Shown in pieces: positions 62,113 to 64,000 of a stretch of DNA of 64,000 nucleotides. The position numbers and the translations under genes were made by a program. Every line of letters begins with the position of its first letter. The stretch's first letter is position 1. The DNA lies in NCBI GenBank assembly GCA_039028615.1, contig JBCCHT010000020.1, forward strand, positions 64,001 to 128,000. The letters are read 5' to 3'. The stretch is from Myxococcota bacterium. Lineage in GTDB: Bacteria; Myxococcota_A; Polyangia; Nannocystales; Nannocystaceae. The notes under the pieces are model-generated. The model made no database searches, was not told the origin of the DNA, and saw only the letters and a list, made by a program, of their open reading frames with translations.

Positions 62113-63789
62113 ATGGATTACCTTCGTGGCTGCGCGTGGCTCGGGATCTCGGCGATGCTCGCCTGCAGTGCGGAGCCCGGAGCCTCGAGCCCGACCCAGG
62201 ACGGAACGGGTGACTCGAGCGGCGGCATGGTCCAGACCAGCACCAACCCGAGCACCCCCGACGACGACACGGGATCCGCCTCGGGGGACGCCGACAGCTC
62301 GGGATCGGCCCTCCCCTGCGACGGCGACATGTCCGACGCGGACGACGATGGGGTGCTCGACTGCGAGGACAACTGCGTCGACATGGCCAACGCCGACCAA
62401 GCCGATGCGGATGCCGACGGGGTCGGAGACGCTTGCGACCTGTGCCCCGACGACGCCGACCCCAACAATGGGGATCAGGACGGCGATGGCCTCGGAGACG
62501 CCTGCGACAACTGTGCGGACGACATGAATCAAGACCAGGCCGACGGCGATGCCGACGGGGCGGGCGATGCCTGCGACAACTGCCTGGGCATCCCCAACCG
62601 CGGTCAGATCGACTCCGATGGCGACGGCGTCGGTGAAGCCTGTGCCTGCGCTCCCACGCTGCAGCCCTGCCAGGGCGGCACGGCGGGGGGCTACGAGTGC
62701 AGCAACATCGAGCTGGTCTCGCGCGTCACCAACAACGAGATGGGCCTCGGCTGGGGCTCGGACATGTGGAGCTGGACCGACCCCGCCTCGGGGCGCGTCT
62801 TTGCGTTGTTCTCGGGCAACGTCGGCGTCGCCTTCGTCGAGCTGACCTTCCCCTACTGCCCCGAAGTGGTCGGGTTCTTGGCCTCCACCGCCGGCCCCTC
62901 GGGGGTTCGCGACGTCAAGGTCCACGGCCACCATGCATTCGTGGTGGCCGAGGCAGAGGGCCATGGCATGCAGGTCTTCGACCTCGAGCGCCTGCTCGAC
63001 GTGGACGGAGGCATCGAGGAGTTCGAAGCCGATGCGGTCTACGAGGGCTTCGGCCGGGCGCACAACCTGGCGATCGACACCGAGTCGGCCTTCGCCTACG
63101 GCGTGGCGATCGGGGCCTGCGAGCAGGGCCTGTACATCATGGACATCGCCGACCCCTTGGCGCCGAACTTCGTGGGCTGCCACCTCCCGCCCGGCGAGCA
63201 CGTGCACGACACCCAGTGCGTGGTCTACCAGGGCCCCGACGCCGAGCACCAAGGGCAGCAGATCTGCGTCAACGCCAACGGCCCCTCGGGCTCGATCTCG
63301 GTCATCGACACCACCGACAAGGCGAACATCGTGACCTTGGCCGAGGCCCCCTACCCCGCGGCCGTGTACTCGCATCAAGGCTGGTTCACCGATGACCATG
63401 CCTACGTGCTGATGAACGACGAGATCGACGAGATCCAAAACGACACGCGGACCCGCACCTTCGTGTGGGACATGAACGATCTCGACACCCCGCTGCTCAT
63501 CGGCACCTACGAGCACGACACCTACGCGAGCGACCACAACCTGCTCATCGACGGGCAGTACGCCTACCTGGCCAACTATCGGGCCGGCATGCGGGTGCTC
63601 GATCTGTCCGAGGTCGCCAGCGGCACGGTCGAAGAGGTCGCGTTCTTCGACACCTTCGGCATCGACGACTGGCACGGCCTCGACGGCGCGTTCACGGCCT
63701 ACCCGTGGCTCGGCGATGCGGGCGAGGGGATCGTGGCGGTCAGCGACATCCAAGGCGGGCTCTTCGTCCTGCGCCACACGCCCGACTGA
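62113..63789 (+). CDS. Lipoprotein with thrombospondin type-3 repeats and choice-of-anchor B / LVIVD domain
   Basis: Lipobox MLAC; DxDGDGxGDACDNC repeats; GSDMWSWTD, RDVKV, HGMQVFDL, AHNL, YSHQGW, DHN, ANYRAGMRVLD, SDIQGGLFVL. Confidence 0.88.
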   Translation: MDYLRGCAWLGISAMLACSAEPGASSPTQDGTGDSSGGMVQTSTNPSTPDDDTGSASGDADSSGSALPCDGDMSDADDDGVLDCEDNCVDMANADQADADADGVGDACDLCPDDADPNNGDQDGDGLGDACDNCADDMNQDQADGDADGAGDACDNCLGIPNRGQIDSDGDGVGEACACAPTLQPCQGGTAGGYECSNIELVSRVTNNEMGLGWGSDMWSWTDPASGRVFALFSGNVGVAFVELTFPYCPEVVGFLASTAGPSGVRDVKVHGHHAFVVAEAEGHGMQVFDLERLLDVDGGIEEFEADAVYEGFGRAHNLAIDTESAFAYGVAIGACEQGLYIMDIADPLAPNFVGCHLPPGEHVHDTQCVVYQGPDAEHQGQQICVNANGPSGSISVIDTTDKANIVTLAEAPYPAAVYSHQGWFTDDHAYVLMNDEIDEIQNDTRTRTFVWDMNDLDTPLLIGTYEHDTYASDHNLLIDGQYAYLANYRAGMRVLDLSEVASGTVEEVAFFDTFGIDDWHGLDGAFTAYPWLGDAGEGIVAVSDIQGGLFVLRHTPD

Positions 63790-63797
63790 GACGCGCC

Positions 63798-64000
63798 ATG
63801 CCGTCCTTCGCCTCCGCGTCGATGCCGAAGTCGGGCCGAGTCCTGCTCCCCGGGACCGTCGCGCTCGTGGCCGCGCTGGGCCCGATGCGCGACGCCCAAG
63901 CCATCGACGGCACCCGCATTCGCACGCCCGTGGTCTGGTCGGATACACCGTGCATGACCATCGTCGACCGCTCCGTCGACGCGACCCTTCACATTCCCTA
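63798..64000 (+). CDS. Secreted hypothetical protein, partial (runs off right edge)
   Basis: ATG 8 nt after the previous stop; signal-like VLLPGTVALVAALG...AQA then IDGTRIRTPVVWSDTPCMTIVDRS; open to the edge. Confidence 0.55.
   Translation, partial: MPSFASASMPKSGRVLLPGTVALVAALGPMRDAQAIDGTRIRTPVVWSDTPCMTIVDRSVDATLHIP

Noticed and set aside
62020..63948. N-terminal extension of ORF 60778..63948
   Set aside because: Antisense to the choice-of-anchor B gene; a lipoprotein signal begins at ATG 62019.
1..64000. tRNA/rRNA genes, transposases, integrases, prophage
   Set aside because: No recognisable signatures by eye; a dedicated scan was not possible.

Overview
High-GC bacterial DNA with a myxobacterial (Nannocystaceae/Plesiocystis-like) character, inferred from its many lipoproteins, an FHA-DUF4388 protein, an AgmX-like domain, an M57 protease, a Ser/Thr kinase-TPR next to an ECF sigma, and Cys-rich repeats. 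About 50 genes are supportable. I found no rRNA, tRNA, CRISPR array or transposase. The standout locus is a minus-strand operon at 44440-47916: a MelC1-like caddie, a tyrosinase-like domain fused to 20 plesiocin-type graspetide cores (TTxxxGEE), an ATP-grasp ligase and a small membrane protein. The tyrosinase appears to have lost two of its three CuA histidines, so it looks like an enzyme-sized RiPP precursor. Other notable items: an ECF sigma / anti-sigma / exported TPR-CHAT / Glu-His-Ser subtilase operon; an AioA/IdrA-like molybdoenzyme and Rieske pair, both with Tat signals and no peroxidase genes; a cation-chloride cotransporter fused to a P-loop NTPase and coupled to MscS, with a sigma54 promoter and no canonical start codon; a CxCH cytochrome lipoprotein; an ammonia-lyase homolog lacking the MIO motif; a sigma/anti-sigma-like fusion; an HNH-like Asn-rich protein; and a structured intergenic RNA candidate. 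All product calls come from motif recognition by eye; no database searches were run. Several start codons were re-chosen relative to the ORF track.
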